A stretch of 64,000 bases of DNA from Octopus vulgaris. Lineage: Eukaryota. Position 1 is the stretch's first letter. Each line of letters begins with the position of its first letter. The stretch spans positions 6,510,001 through 6,574,000 of the forward strand of contig OX597814.1 in assembly GCA_951406725.2 (NCBI GenBank), written 5' to 3'. The notes under the pieces were generated by a model. The model had not been told where the DNA came from and ran no database searches. It saw nothing but the letters and a program-made list of their open reading frames with translations. The position numbers and the translations under genes are program-made. Below are positions 1 to 13,816 of this stretch, one piece after another.

Positions 1-418
1 AAAATGAACCTGCTTGACCCAAGGAAAAGTTTTGGTAGAAATTCTTTACGATAAACCCAGTGAAAACAGAGGACACGTAAGAGGTGCAGAAGAATAGCAA
101 AATGATTAACAGAAAAAGTAGACTTTGTCTGTGACAGGTGTGCACAACCCCCTACACCGAGAGCATCGACAGATGGATGAATGTGCATCCAGGCTCAGCG
201 GTTGCGTAGGAAGTCAGGGACAGGAAACAGGAAGAAAGAGTGAGAGAAAGGTGGAGCGAAAGAGTACAACAGGGATTGCCGCCACCCCCTGCTGGAGCCT
301 CGTGGAGCTTTAGATGTTTTCGCTCAATAAACACACACAACGCCCAGTCTGGGAATCGAAACCTTGATCCTCCGACCGCAAATCCGCTGCCCTAACCATT
401 GGGCCATTGCACCTCCAC
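1..418 (-). mobile_element. tRNA-derived SINE (family C, related copies at 50984-51246 and 59727-60030)
   Basis: Minus strand begins gtggaggtgcaaTGGCCCAATGGttagggcagcgga...GGTTTCGATTCCcag (Pol III A and B boxes). Segment 231-418 recurs at about 51090-51246. Confidence 0.7.
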
Positions 419-784
419 TTGAGGCAGCTGCTTATCACATATGTGATGTCCTCCACATAAATGTGGCTTAATCGATTGGTTTCATTTTGTGGTTCCAATG
501 GCTCCACTGGATCTTGTTCTCCAGGTATTTTGTAGCAATCTCCTGTTCTTGGATTGCAAACACACAGCCTTCAAAGTGTGATCTGATGTAGTGGTCATCA
601 GTCCAAGAGAGGCTGCACTTCATGTTGATATTAGGGTCTTCTTCAAGTCTTCATAAAACCTATTTATGGTATGTTAGTCCAGCTGTTTTGGGATTGTATG
701 GCAGCTCAAGAAGAGACAACTTCCCAAGGGGCTTACTACTGACATATAGGACATTGTTCTTTTTGCTTTACAACATTAAGTCTA

Positions 785-1133
785 TCATCATCATCATCGT
801 TTAACGTCCGTTTTCCGCGCTAGCACGGGTTGGACGGTTCGACCGGGGTCTGGGAAGCCAGGAGGCTGCACCAGGCTCCAGTCTGATCTGGCAGAGTTTC
901 TACAGCTGGATGCCCTTCCTAACGCCAACCACTCTGTGAGTGTAGTGGGTGCTTCTTACGTGCCACCTGCACAGGTGCCAGGGGGGGGGTCTGGCATCGG
1001 CGACGATCGGTTGGAGCTTTTAACGTGCCACCGGCACGGAAGCCAGCCAAGGCGGTGCTGGCAACGGCCACGAATGGATGGTGCTTTTTTATGAGCCACT
1101 GGCACTGGAGCCAGTCGAGGCGGAGCTGGCAAC
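785..1133 (-). mobile_element. 5'-truncated RTE-LINE 3' UTR copy with (GAT)n tail
   Basis: catcatcatcgtttaacgtccg...gatgcccttcctaacgccaacc, the same terminus as the ORF-bearing RTE copy at 46578-47985. Confidence 0.8.
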
Positions 1134-1282
1134 TGATGGAAATACAGATTCCAGATAAAAAAAGGAAAAAGTATGAAATGATGTAAACAACAAGTCGTTT
1201 TCACATTTTACTTTGCAATCAGTTTTTTTTTTGTCTCTCTTCATTATTTAACTTCATTTGGTAAACTCTAGTAAAATATTCT
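1132..1282 (+). repeat. Local ~150-bp direct duplication, copy 1 (copy 2 at 1956-2110)
   Basis: actgatggaaatacagattccag...ctctagtaaaatattct is present twice, nearly identical. Confidence 0.9.
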
Positions 1283-2139
1283 ATGTATGTATTTTTGTTG
1301 TTGTTGTTGTTGTTAAGGAAGTGTTGTTTGTGTGAGACTATACGACATTCAATGGCTGTCTGCACTGATATTGAGTTTCTACCTCATTCATCCCTTCTTA
1401 AGTAGAACCTTTCAATATTACTATTTCTGTGGAAGCTTCCAGATGATGTTATTATCTTTCAGATTTCAACATCTCTTTTACCCAGACCAGTGCATGTGTG
1501 TGGCTGAAGCTGCATGTTGGAGATTGTTTTTGAAGCAGTCTTAGTGTTTACTGCCCTGCTCTACCCACTGCCTATGAAATCTCTCTTCCCTGTTAACCTG
1601 CCTAGGAGCCTACTACACCTCTTGTGTCCGTTTTGTTTACCTTGAACACATTTCATAGATTTTCTCCCAACTCTGTTTCTGCAAATGGAGGAGGATTATT
1701 TCCCCGATGTTATGAATGTTCTGAAAAATTCCATCAAGCTGCTCTCTGAAAAAAAGAAACAAAAATCACCAAATTTAGCTGGACCATCCTGTATATTGCT
1801 CAGTATGTCTTCTATTTAAGGGTGTACTTTGTGGAGGTTTTGTCTGCTATTTTCTGCAGAATGGGTAACTGACTCACTGTGTGTGTTTATTAAAGCCTGA
1901 CATGTCTTCTGGTAAGTGTTTGGGGTTAAAAAGACAATGGCGTCTTTTTTCTATTACTGATGGAAATACAGATTCCAGATAAAAAAAGGAAAAAGTATGA
2001 AATGATGGAAACAACAAATCGTTTTCACATTTTACTTTGCAATCAGTTTTTTTTTTTTTTGTCTCTCTTCATTATTTAACTTCATTTGGTAAACTCTAGT
2101 AAAATATTCTTAATTTACTGACAGTAAAATATATATTAC

Positions 2140-2472
2140 TGCAGGAGTAGCTGTGTGGTAAGTTGCTTGCTAACCAACCACATGGTTCCGGGTTCAGTCC
2201 CACTGCGTGACATCTTGGGCAAGTGTCTTCTGCTATAGTCCCGGGCCGACCAATGCCTTGTGAGTGGATTTGGTAGACGGAAACTGAAAGAAGCCTGTCG
2301 TATATATATATATATGTGGTGTGTTTACGTCCCCGTCACTTAGCGGTTCGGCAAAAGAGACCAATAGAATAAGTACTGGGCTTACAAAGAATAAGACTCG
2401 GGGTCGATTCATTCGACTAAAGGCGGTGCTCCAGCTTGGCCGCAGTCAAATGACTGAAACAAGTAAAAGAGA
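2140..2472 (+). mobile_element. tRNA-derived SINE family A (CORE-like central region)
   Basis: Head gcaggagtagctgtgtggta...ggttcagtcccactgcg, ttgggcaagtg core, tail gactgaaacaagtaaaaga. Repeated many times in the window. Confidence 0.85.
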
Positions 2473-3425
2473 GATTACTATAAATTTAGCCACCATTCAC
2501 AGTGTCAAAGTAGCTCTACCAAGAGAGTGTTAAGGCTGAAAATCTAAATGGCTGTTTCAATCCCAGGTTTTGGCATGTCAATAAGATTCTATTTTGCTTT
2601 TGAAATTATTACTTATTGAAATTACTCGAGTTTAACTGAAGGAAAAATGTGCTAGGAGACATTTTAGTCACATCCTTTATATATAATAATCATAATTATA
2701 ATGAGATATTTCCTTGCTCCCTTACATGGAAAACTATTGGGACAATCTAATTAACATATCACCCTTACATGTATGTACACTCGTACACACACACACACAC
2801 ATGTTTATTATACACATTCATTAAAGCTATATTTGAACTAAACATTCCTGCATACACTGGGAAAATTCTGGTGAACATACAGCCCAAGCAACAGCAAGAA
2901 CCATCGGACTAAAATCTTTATAAATACCAGTATGGAATCCATAAGTTTAAGACCACCAGTCACATGGTTTTGCCATGCAGCAAATTCAGTAAAAAAAAAA
3001 AAAAAAAAAAAAAAACATACAATCAAACAATGAATTGATAACGAAGCAGATTTGGCCAGGTTTGAAACCCTGTACTCAGATTCCAAGTTTAGAACTACAG
3101 TGATATAAAAACACAATCAGCTCCTTGAGAGAATGGATCACCTGCATAAATATTCCCCAACCAATCAGCAATGGCTGGCATGCTTCAGTCAACTGAATTT
3201 TACTAAATGTTTTACTCCAGCAGCAAAAATTCTTTTGTTTCTCTTTTGTTTCATTTCAATAAAAACCTCACTTTAACATGGATTTTACATTTGCTTTCCC
3301 AGTTGCCAGGAGTTTTGTCTATTGCATCCTCACTGGACCGTTGTTTAATTGTATTAGAATAATATTACAGTGCATGGAATTAGCTTTACACCACAGGATT
3401 ACTATCTGGCTTCATGGGTGCAATG

Positions 3426-4345
3426 TCTCACTTCACTGGACCACTGTCTCACTTCATTACACTATTGAGTCACTTCACTGGACTACTGTCTCAATTCATA
3501 AGAATGCTGTCACATCATTGCACTACTGTGTCACTTCACTGGATTACTGTCTCACTTCATTGGACTACTGTCTCACTTCATGGGAGTACTGTCATGTGTT
3601 TGGACCAGTCTCACCTTATTGGAACACTATCTCACTTTATTTGAATACTGTTTCATTTTCTTGGAATACTGTCTCATTTTATTGGAATACTGTCTCATTT
3701 CATTGAACCACTGTCTCACTTCATTGGACCACTGTCTGATTTCAATAGTCTACTGTCTCACTCCAGTGGACCTTTGTCTCATTTCATTGGACTACTGTAT
3801 CACTTCATTGGAGTACCGTCTCACTTCACTGGACCACTGTCTCACTTCATTGGAGTAATGTCTAACTTCACTGGACCACTGTCTCAGTTCATCGGAGTAC
3901 TTTCTCACTCTAGTGGACCTCCATCTCACTTCATTGGACTACTATATCACTTCTTTTGACCAGTTTCACTTCACTGGACCACTGTCTCATTACATTAGAC
4001 CACTGTTTCACTTCACTGGAATACTGTCCCACTTCACTGGAGTACCGTCTCACTTCACTGGAGTACCGTCTCACTTCACTGGAGTACCGTCTCACTTCAC
4101 TGGCATACCGCCTCACTTCACTGGAATACCGCCTCACTTCACTGGAATACTGCCTCACATCACTGGGGTACTGCCTCACTTTCTGAGAATTTTGTCTCTC
4201 TTCATTGGAACACTGTCTCATTTCACCGAACCAGTGTCTCATTTCACTGGACTAGTGTCTCACTTTGCTGGACCAGTGTCTCACTTCACTGGACACTGTC
4301 TCCTTTCACATCCTCCCCCATTCCAGTTCACTGGATCACTGTCTC
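3426..4345. repeat. 21-bp minisatellite (consensus ~tcacttcactggaccactgtc), about 44 degenerate units
   Basis: Directly visible periodicity. It explains the overlapping SHFTGPL / LTSLDHC / SLHWTTV repeat ORFs. Confidence 0.95.
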
Positions 4346-4396
4346 TCCTTCGTTGCAATATCTGTGGCCTTTTGGAAGATAACTACCGTTGGTCTT

Positions 4397-5625
4397 TTAG
4401 TGTGAAATAAAAGTCATCTTTTTTTCATACAAAAAAATGAACTTTAATCAAATATATATCTTCCATTTTGCTCGATGACCTTTTGCCATCTTTCTGGCAG
4501 GTTCATGATTCTGCACTCATAGAAATTCTGGTTCTTATCAGCTGAAAAATGAAGCAAGTATGATTTCAAGTTCACCATTTCAAAGAATTTTACAAACTTT
4601 GAAATGAATGGTAATTTGATGGTGCAAGGTCAGGGCTACATGGTGGATATGACATCACTTCCCAACCAAGCTCCAGTAATTTTTCACAAGTTAGCAAATA
4701 TGTGTTTGGTCTAGCGTTGTCATGTTGGAACATAATTCCTTTACGATTTGCTAATTATGGCCGTTTTCTTTGATTACTTCCTCCAGTTTCATTAGTTGTT
4801 GACAGCAAACATCTGAATTGATCGTTTAGTTCCTTGAAAGCAGCTCAAAATACACAACACCTTTGTAACCCCACCAAATTCACAGCACGACCTTTTTTGA
4901 TGCAATTCAACTTTTGATGTGGTTTGTGCTGGTTCATTATGCTTGGTCTATTGTAGACAATCCATTTTTCATCACTAATGATGATTCGTTTCAAAAAAAG
5001 GTCAATTTCATTGTGTTTGAGATGCATATCGCAAATATTAATTCGTTGAGTTAAGTGAATCTCTTTCAATTTATGTGGAACCCAAATATTGAGCTTCTTA
5101 ATGAGTCCAAGACATTTTAAGTGATTTTCAATTGTTGCATGTGATACATTTAACCTCTCTGCAATCTCTCGCACAGTTATATGACAATCAGATTCAATTA
5201 TGGCTTTGATTCAGTCATCATCATCATCTACAATAGGTCAACCAGAATGTTGGTCATCTTTGAATGAAAAATCTCGAGAATGGAATTTTTAAAACCATTT
5301 CTGACATGTGCGTTCTGTTAAGCAATCAATCCATTAAGCAACAAACTTCACACATCTCTTTGTGAGCCACAGCAACTTTCTTGCCTTTTACGGAAATAAA
5401 AAAAGCAAAATATGGCGAAGATGTTCATTTTTGCACTCCGTGTTAAAATTGACACTGAACTAACAGCTGTAAACAAAATTATGCACAATTTGCTTCTAAA
5501 GTAAGCTAAAAGAAACGACTATCAAATGTCAAAAGAGAAAAAATCATTACATTGACAAAAGTCATTCGAAAAAATAGTAACTCTATCTATTTGTGAAAAA
5601 CGAAATTACTTTCTTGCTGACCCAA
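4397..5625 (-). mobile_element. Decayed mariner transposon (~1.2 kb), transposase pseudogene
   Basis: ORF 4845-5174 has REIAERLNVSHATIENHL...WVPHKL...IISDEKWIVY. YPPCSPDLAPS at about 4618-4650 (YSPDLAP motif). The right end ttactttcttgctgacccaaTA is a mariner-type TIR; the left TIR is degenerate. Confidence 0.9.
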
Positions 5626-6171
5626 TATATATATATATACAGGTGTGGCCAGGTGGAAAGAAGCTCACTTTCCAATCGCATAATCCCAAGTTCCAGCCCA
5701 CTTTGTGGCATGTTGAATAAATATCTTCTCCTTTGGCTGTGAGAGGATTTGGTTGACAGAAACTGAAAGAACCCCACTGTGTGTGTGTGTGTGTGTGTGT
5801 GTGTTTTAATTTTCTCCATAAACCATCATCGTTACACACCAGCAACTACTTTGCAATGTCTATTATAAAAATCTTCCCATTCCTTTGATAGAGAGTCACA
5901 TTACAGTAAGAGGTGGGATGTTACAACAAATATTTGTAGCTTTTATGGGATTACAAATAAATTCCATGCGTGACAAAATGAAATTGTAGGAAATTAAGGA
6001 CCACTGGTTAGCAAAGTTAAATTCCAAGTGACATCAGGTTATCTCCACAGACTGAGATGCAGATATTTAGACTTCATAACATGAATGATATCACTTAAAC
6101 CTCATGTCAACCACTTAGAATTTGAAAACTATTTTAATGTCACATAGAAGATCATTTTTCAAGTAATTATT

Positions 6172-6634
6172 TTCCCTGGGCATGGATTCACTGAAGCTCC
6201 GGCGTCTGGCGACGGACTTGGTAAACACCCACAAAGTTATCAACCACCTCACCAACAACAACACTGAACACCTTTTTGATCTTCATGTGTCCAACACACG
6301 TGGACACGCCTACAAAGTCAGAAAACAACACAGCTCCCATGACTTTCGGAAACATTTTTTCACGCTCAGAGTTGCTGAAGCATGGAATAAACTGCCTGCG
6401 TCAGTTGTTGACTGCCATGACACTGCATCCTTTAAGGCCCTCATGCTTTCCGAAATCCGCCGAAACTATACCTGATTGTCCCCCTTCCATACTCATACAC
6501 ATATGTGTATGTCATGACTCATGCACTGTTCTTTTCCTGACGCTTGTACATTACCCTATATACTATACATACACTTTAGATGAGTTGTAGTGCACCTGAG
6601 CTCTGTACACAATGTTTTATTATTATATTATTAT
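6172..6634 (+). mobile_element. CR1-clade LINE 3' fragment (ORF2 C-terminus, 3' UTR, (TAT)n tail)
   Basis: SLKLRRLATDL...NTRGHAYKV...RKHFFTLRVAEAWNKLP...SFK is the typical CR1 ORF2 C-terminal signature. Confidence 0.88.
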
Positions 6635-8759
6635 ATGTAATTTTTGAAGCAAATACTTTGTTCTGGAGTATAGAAAGGTCAACCTATTTATCGTTACCAC
6701 TGTTTGTAATTCTTTTCTCATGTTGACAGATGTTATGTGCAGGAGGAGGAGGAGAAGGGGTAGGCCTATGTCTTGTCTTGTATTTTATTCTATACTTTGA
6801 TTATTCTAACAATGGCTGGCTTAGCTGTCACCCTCGTGTAACTTTGAACTGGCAGCTTGTAACACCCTATAACAACTAATTGCCTTAGGTACCTCTACAC
6901 TCCTAAACAGACCTAAATATCTTCTTGATCTTCTCGCTCATGATCCAGAGGAACATCAAAAGTGAAACAGCAGGAGGGAGAGAGAGGAAAGGTTGCCAAA
7001 GTCAGCTGGTGCTCTTTTCCAGCTGAGTAGACTGCAGCAATGTGAAATGAAGGGCCTTGCTCAAGGACGCAATGCACTGAACTGTCCAAGAATCGAATGA
7101 TGTTCGAATCTCAAACACCCAAACCCATGCACCACGTGATTGATTAGCACCATTCTGATGTGAAACTAGGGACCCTTTTGTGACAGTTTGGGAGATAAAA
7201 AGGAAAATAAAAGGAAATATTCATGGCCTCATTAAGTTCCTCCCATTCTTTGATTAATTAATTCTAAGACTCAATGATGTCTTTTAGTCACAGACAAAAA
7301 AACAAATAAGACTAGTAAAGTAAAATAAATAACAACGGAATGACTGTCATTCAGTTGTTTTAATCCAGTTCTGGGATTCTGGTAACAGTAAATATGTCAG
7401 ATGTAAATGTTCCAAACTAGTCCTGGCTCTGATGGAAATAATAATTTTCCACCCTTGACATCATCATCGAAGAAGAAGAATTTTAGAATATTTCATTTCC
7501 AAATATGATTGTCTTATTTTTAGATGAGAACACAATTCTTGTGTGGATTTGATCAAGGAACTTGTATCCCAAAACAAAGGGTTAACAACATTGCTATGAA
7601 GTAGGTCAGTGATCCGGGGACATATTCAGGAATAAGTCATGTGACAGCAACAGAAGACCGATGGGAAGAAAATCGTACACACAAAACACCGTGTGGATGT
7701 AACGTAATCAAGATGTAACACCGTCTAGATTTACAATTGAGGATTTAGCACAGTGTGGTTATAACAGTAGCAATTATTGCTAATTAAGTTTAACACCTGG
7801 TATTATATACACTTCAGGTTTATTGTACACTAAACAATGTATAAAAATGAAAGAAATGACTGAAGAAGATTAATTGATATAAGATGAAGAATTTGAAATG
7901 AAAATCAATGTAAACTGAGAAAAACCAAATTCTGGCGTTGTTTTAGATGTTTGTGTAATAGAGGAGGATTCAAAGAAATTCTTAGAAATGGAGAAAGATC
8001 AATAGTTTATAGGGAAGCAATTGAAGCATAAGTTAAGCTGTTTCTACTTGATTAATATGTCTCAAGCCCGATGGCTTTAGAAATGTGATACATCATCCAT
8101 CAACACCACTTAATGTTTGTAGGACAAATTACTGTGTTCAGATTATAATTTTGTGTAATTAATGACAGTGTAGTAATTAAGGTTTGGAAATTGGAAGAAG
8201 AAAATTAGAAAATATTTCTCCATAAATATTATTTTGATTGCTGAAAATATAATTGAGAGTTAGATATTGTACATGTCCCATTGGCTTTCATCAATGCTGG
8301 AGCCCAGCAACTTTCATACCATCGTAACGTTATCAACAGACACAAAATACAAATGGGAGCTTCAGTTAATACAAAAAAATACTGCAAGGTATTTCTGTTG
8401 AAATATATCAGTGTTCATTCAACACCTGTTCATCATCATCATAGACATACTATAGAAAGAAAAAGCTCCTTTCTCACTAATCTTATACATTCATATTTTG
8501 GTCCAAACAGATCTTTTGTTTCCTCTAAACAAACCACACAATGGAAGTAGCAAAATACCTCTGCTTTCACACTTTCTGTCCCTCTTTTTTGGTTCACTAT
8601 TTTGAAAATCCATGACTTGCTGGTACTAAATATTTTCTTCTTGTTTCACCTCTTTTTTTCTCCTTCAACAAATTGTTGAAGGAGAAATCTCATTCTAAAG
8701 CCGAGTTCTGGAAGTGTTGTGTGTGTGTCTGTGGACCTTTTACCTAATCACAACTGGAC

Positions 8760-9810
8760 CCTTTGCCTAATCTCCTTCAAGACACCCCTGCCACCTGTGA
8801 TCTCTCTTATTGCAGTAAGACTCAGTGTTTTGCAATCGGCCTTCAGTACTTCCCATGTTTTCTTGGGTCTTTCATTTCCACAACTTCCCTCCATTTTTAG
8901 CGATCAGCACTTCTTTAAGAACCTATCCTCATCCGTCTGCATCGCATGACCAAACCTGTGCAGTCCCCCCTCCCTTGCACACTGCATACAATTCCTCTTG
9001 GGCCCAACTTCTCTCTCAATACACCAATACTTTGTGTGCACTGGATACACTGAATGGAATTTCTGTCTACACTCTTCCTACATATTGAGCAAGGCCATTT
9101 ACTTGAAGGGTGAAGGGTCCTGTCCGATTTCTTGCTAACTAGGACCTTGGTCTTTGCTAAGTTTACTTTAAGACCCTTTGATTCCAATTTCTGTTTCCAC
9201 ACCTTTTCTAATTCTGGTATGAGTGCAAGACTATCAGCATATAGTAGCTCCCATGGGCTCCCAACCTTAAATTCCTCTTATGGTCTGGAGGAAGATTATG
9301 AATAGGAGGGGGCTGAGAACTGACCATTGGTGGACACCCACCTGTACATTAAATTCATCACTGTATTTATGGCCAACTCTTACCTTGCTAAAAGTACCCC
9401 TGTACATGGTTTGTAGTGCTTTCACAAGCCATTTCATCCATCCCTAGCTTCCTCACAGACCACCATATCACAGTGTGAGGTATTCTGTTGGAGGCTTTCT
9501 CTAGACCAACAAATGCCAAGAACAACAGCTTGTTCTTAGCTAAATACTTCTCTTGCAGTTGCTTGACTGTGAAAATAGCCTCAGGGGGTGCTTCTCCCTG
9601 GTACAAAGCCAAACTGCATTTGTCTAACCTAATTCTGTTCCTAATTAATTGGGCTATAACTCTCTCCATAACTTTCATCACTTGGTCCATCAATCTGATG
9701 TCTCCAGGCTTCCTTAAGTCCAAGACATCTCCTTTTCCCTTGTAGCAGTTGACTGTAATGCTGCTGCACCAATAACTAAGGATTACACCTTCCTGAATAA
9801 CCTGACAAAT
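8760..9810 (-). mobile_element. Decayed RTE LINE reverse transcriptase fragment, internally deleted
   Basis: IFTVKQLQEKYLAKNKLLFLAFVGLEKA, GVHQWSVLSPLLF, ELLYADS (degenerate YADD), GLKVNLAKTKVL, then WPCSICRKSVDRNSIQCIQC. Confidence 0.85.
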
Positions 9811-10996
9811 GATATCTCTTTGAATTTACAGACCCAACCAACAAGCAAAACAAGACAAAACATAGAATCATATTTAAAGGTGAACACAATATTACAAAAA
9901 AAAAAAAGGTTTTCGATGACCTCTGCAATTTCTACTTTTACAATTAGATTTATATTTTAAAGATTACTCAAATTAGTTTGGATCAGTAAAATGAGAACAG
10001 ACATTTTAAATTAATTACTGCAACCAATGACATTTATGTAGCAATTAAAAAAGAAAATAGTCAATATAATAAAAAAAATGCCAAAATATGTTTAGTGAAG
10101 GAAATGTTTGTAAATCATGGAAACAGCAGAATGTAGGGAAGAAAAACCTTTTTCATTGATGAGGAGAAAGAAATGTTGAAGTAATTGGTTTGTGAGAGCA
10201 ATTAAAAGACGGCTACTGATGGTTGATAGTAAAAAAAGAGGCAACAGCAATAGAGCTGTTTTAATTACAATTAACAAGTAAACTAATTCCAATAAGATTC
10301 CAATTTCTAATGTTTTTATTGTATTTCTGGAGTTGGTAGTGATGGTCAGTACCACAACAAATTAAATACTCAGAGATAACTTCAAGGAGTTTTCTCTTTC
10401 TCTTGTGAATGGGAAGGAAGTCAGTTTGGCAAAAACCATTCCCCTTTCAGCTATATCCATGGGGTAAAGTGAGAAATAGCATTGGTGGAGAATGAAACAC
10501 ACATTGTTTACAGCAAGTTGTTCTTATGATGAGATACCTCTTTACACCTAGCTGGACTGTACCAATTAACCACAAAGACAGTGCTGAACAAGGACCATGA
10601 GCAAAACTTCAACCATTTCGAATATCCCTGACACAACCACTTCACTCTTCCAATGTGTGGATTGGGATTAAGTTGTGTGAACCAAAGTAAATCATTTCTT
10701 AGGTTAATCAGCCCCACTTTATTATGACTGGTCTGATAGAACACAACAAACTTGTCCTGGTTCTACATCAGCAGCCTCACAAATTTCGAATGATGAATTT
10801 AAAGCAGTGACAGTTGTAACCTCTGTATAGAATATATATCGTCTGCATACGTTAAGGGAGCTGTAGTTAGTTGAGATGTCAACATCACCACCATTGTCAT
10901 TTAATGTCCATCTTCCATGCTGGCACTTCTTATCAAAGGAATGGGAAGATTTTTACTAGACATTGCAAAGTAGTTTGTTGCATTATTAGCAATTAA

Positions 10997-11216
10997 TCCT
11001 TTCGTTACCAATCCGGCCAAAACTGGCTCTGGTTCTGAGTTCAAATGTCTTATTTTCATAAGTTTTGAATTAAAATCTTCCATCAAACCTTAGTCACAAT
11101 TTATGTTTGTAACACTAGCTTAATGATAACTAAGTTATTTTACTAAATTCTTTATTATATTTAAAGTAATTGAACAAAACACAGAGCATCTCGAAGTAAA
11201 TACAGTAATGAAAGGG
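10997..11216. mobile_element. piggyBac-like MITE, 220 bp
   Basis: TTAA at 10993-10996 and 11217-11220. Termini tcctttcgttac ... gtaatgaaaggg form a TIR. Confidence 0.75.
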
Positions 11217-11363
11217 TTAAAGCTGGTAAGAAACAATTATTCCATGTTGCTCTTATCATCTCCTTATTACAGTTATATATATATATAATAATAATATTAG
11301 GGAGTAAATCCAAACTTACAGGGAAAAATTAGATTTAGGATTAAATCCAATTTTACAATATAA

Positions 11364-11812
11364 ATATAAATTAAATTAGAGATAAAACCACTATTAGGCA
11401 AATCAAACAGTGAAAAACATAAACCAAAACATAGAAATAAAATTAATTAATATAATATACAAAATACATAAAATATAAAATTCAAAATTTAAATTATTTG
11501 AATTTAAAGTTAAAAGTTTAAAATTATTAATTTATATTTATAAATCTTTATATATATATATATATGTTTTTTTTAATTTTTATTTATTTATTTATTTATT
11601 TATTTTTAAAATATATATATATATATAAAAATTTATAAATATAAATTAATAATTTTAAATTTTTTACTTTAAATTTAAATAATTTAAATTTTGAATTTTA
11701 TATTTTATATATTTTGTATATTATATTAATTAATTTTATTTCTATGTTTTGGTTTATGTTTTTCACTGTTTGATTTGCCTAATAGTGGTTTTATCTCTAA
11801 TTTAATTTATAT
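11364..11812. repeat. Long AT-rich foldback (arms ~200 bp, spacer ~45 bp)
   Basis: atataaattaaattagagataaaaccactattaggcaaatcaaacagtg... is reverse-complemented at ...cactgtttgatttgcctaatagtggttttatctctaatttaatttatat. Confidence 0.92.
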
Positions 11813-11936
11813 CCAGCCGTAGAAACACTGCCAGATCTGACTGGGCCTGACGAAGCCTTCCAGCTTCACAGACCCCAGTTGACCCGTCCAACCCATGCTA
11901 GCATGGAAAGTGGACGCTAAATGATGATGATGATGA
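11813..11936 (+). mobile_element. Short RTE 3' UTR tail fragment
   Basis: ccagccgtagaaacactgccag...acgctaaatgatgatgat. Confidence 0.75.
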
Positions 11937-13543
11937 TATATATATAGGTTTGGTTGACAAGTTAAACTGAAATGAAGACAGCATGTTCTTTGTCTATCTC
12001 CTTACCTTCTTGGAGGTTTTAGGTAAAATTATACTGTGTCCACCTGTTTTAATTTAATTAAATTCTATGTCTTTGTGCAGCTGAGGATTGCTCTACATTT
12101 AAATTGATGTAATGATTGCATTGTCCAATTAAATGGAGTCGCTTGAAACGATCGTACTGCATTACCTCTGGATATCCTTGTTGCTTATTTTGATCCTGTC
12201 ACACATATCTAATAATATCATTCCTTTCATATGTAACTTCCTTAATGATTGTCTTCCACATCAAAGGCTGTCCTGTGGGGACACTTAACCTATCAACCTG
12301 TTTGACCTCCCCCTACCCCTTTGGCAAGGAACATTCTGTTACGTATTCCTATCAAATCTTTAATGAGAAGATAACTTGATGAAATTCTTTACTACATCAA
12401 CCTGTTAGTTTCAGTCTGTCTTTTACCAACCATGCTGTAGCAATTTATAAATGACATGACTGTTACCATAGCAACAATAAAATATTTGTTGTACAAGATG
12501 AAGTATAATATTACGATCAGAGTCACCCATTTTTATATTTGTGATTGCAAACAATCTTCTAATCCCTTTGGGATTATCATCAATTTCACAAGATGTCAGT
12601 AGACTAATTACCCATTAATGGATACCTCTGACACCAAAGCTTTAAAGAAGTCGTGACCTTCTGGTAATGATGTTTGGCTCATGATCATAAGGTTGTGTGT
12701 TCAGTCTCTGACCTAGGCAGCGTATTGTGTTCTTGAAGAGATTTGTCAGTAACCTACAATGAAGAGGAAGCAATAACAGCAGAAAAATGGTGGTGGGGGG
12801 GCAAGGGCACTCGATGATGTAGGGGGTGTGGGCCTTTGTTGAGTTGAACAGGATAAAGAGCGATGACATCAGAAAGAACAGAGTATGTGGGGGACAGCAG
12901 CCGTAGTATGGTGATGATGATGGAAACAGAGCTATTGGGGGGGGGGTGCAGAGGTGGACATAACAAAGTCGAATTCTCTTTGTTTTGGGTAAATTTAAAT
13001 ATTCCAAATACACATTTATCACTGATGAGTGGAAGAGCTATTAATTTCGATTGATTTATTGGCTGAATGAATATTTTTATCACAATATCTTTAATGGAGA
13101 CGTTTTGTCTGAAGAAAATATGCTGCTGCCATCACATTCTTGTATTCTTTGATGACCTTTTCCCCGTATTTATAAAACTTGGAACTTCCATGTTCTGCTT
13201 GATTTATCACAACTTATCTCATGGGTTTGAAGAGGTTATGTGTGCACTAGGGTGGGTCACTTGGCACAGCTCCCAGCCAGCCAGCTTTCTCTTTCTTAAA
13301 TTTGCTCTTCCAACATGACCACCATTCTGGATCCTCATGGAACTCTGCTTCAGGCAACTATTCTCATTGATATAACATGGTCTTTGACTGTCCCATTTGT
13401 CCAGATCATTGGAGTCTGTTTGTTGGTTGAAAACATCTCTTAAACCACTTCTTGTTTTTGATAACTAATCTGCATTGACTCACGACTTGATAAATCTAAA
13501 CTCTTCAATGAGTTTCTTTGATTAACAGATTATTATCTAACTG

Positions 13544-13816
13544 CAAGTCACCTTACTGGCACCTGTGCCGGTGGCATGTGTAAAAAGATTCGAGTGAAGT
13601 CGTTGCCAATACTGCCTGACTGGCCCCCGTGTCGGTGGCACGTAAAAAGCATCCACTACACTCTCAGAGTGGTTGGCGTTAGGAAGGGCATCCAGCTGTA
13701 GAAACTCTGCCAGATCAAGATTGGAGCCTGGTGCAGCCGTCTGCTTCGCCAGCCCTCAGTCAAAATCATCCAACACATGCCAGCATGGAAAGCGGACGTT
13801 AAACGACGATGATGAT
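13544..13816 (+). mobile_element. RTE 3' UTR fragment
   Basis: ggcacgtaaaaagc...ggcgttaggaagggcatccagctgtagaaac...gacgttaaacgacgatgatgat. Confidence 0.8.

Noticed and set aside
1860-1911. Candidate upstream MCU exon (ctgcag...G|gtaagt)
   Set aside because: There is a TAA stop in the frame required to join the phase-1 MCU exon, and no recognisable similarity.
8281-8550. 89-aa ORF as a possible MCU N-terminal exon
   Set aside because: Weak acceptor, donor in the wrong phase, and no recognisable homology.
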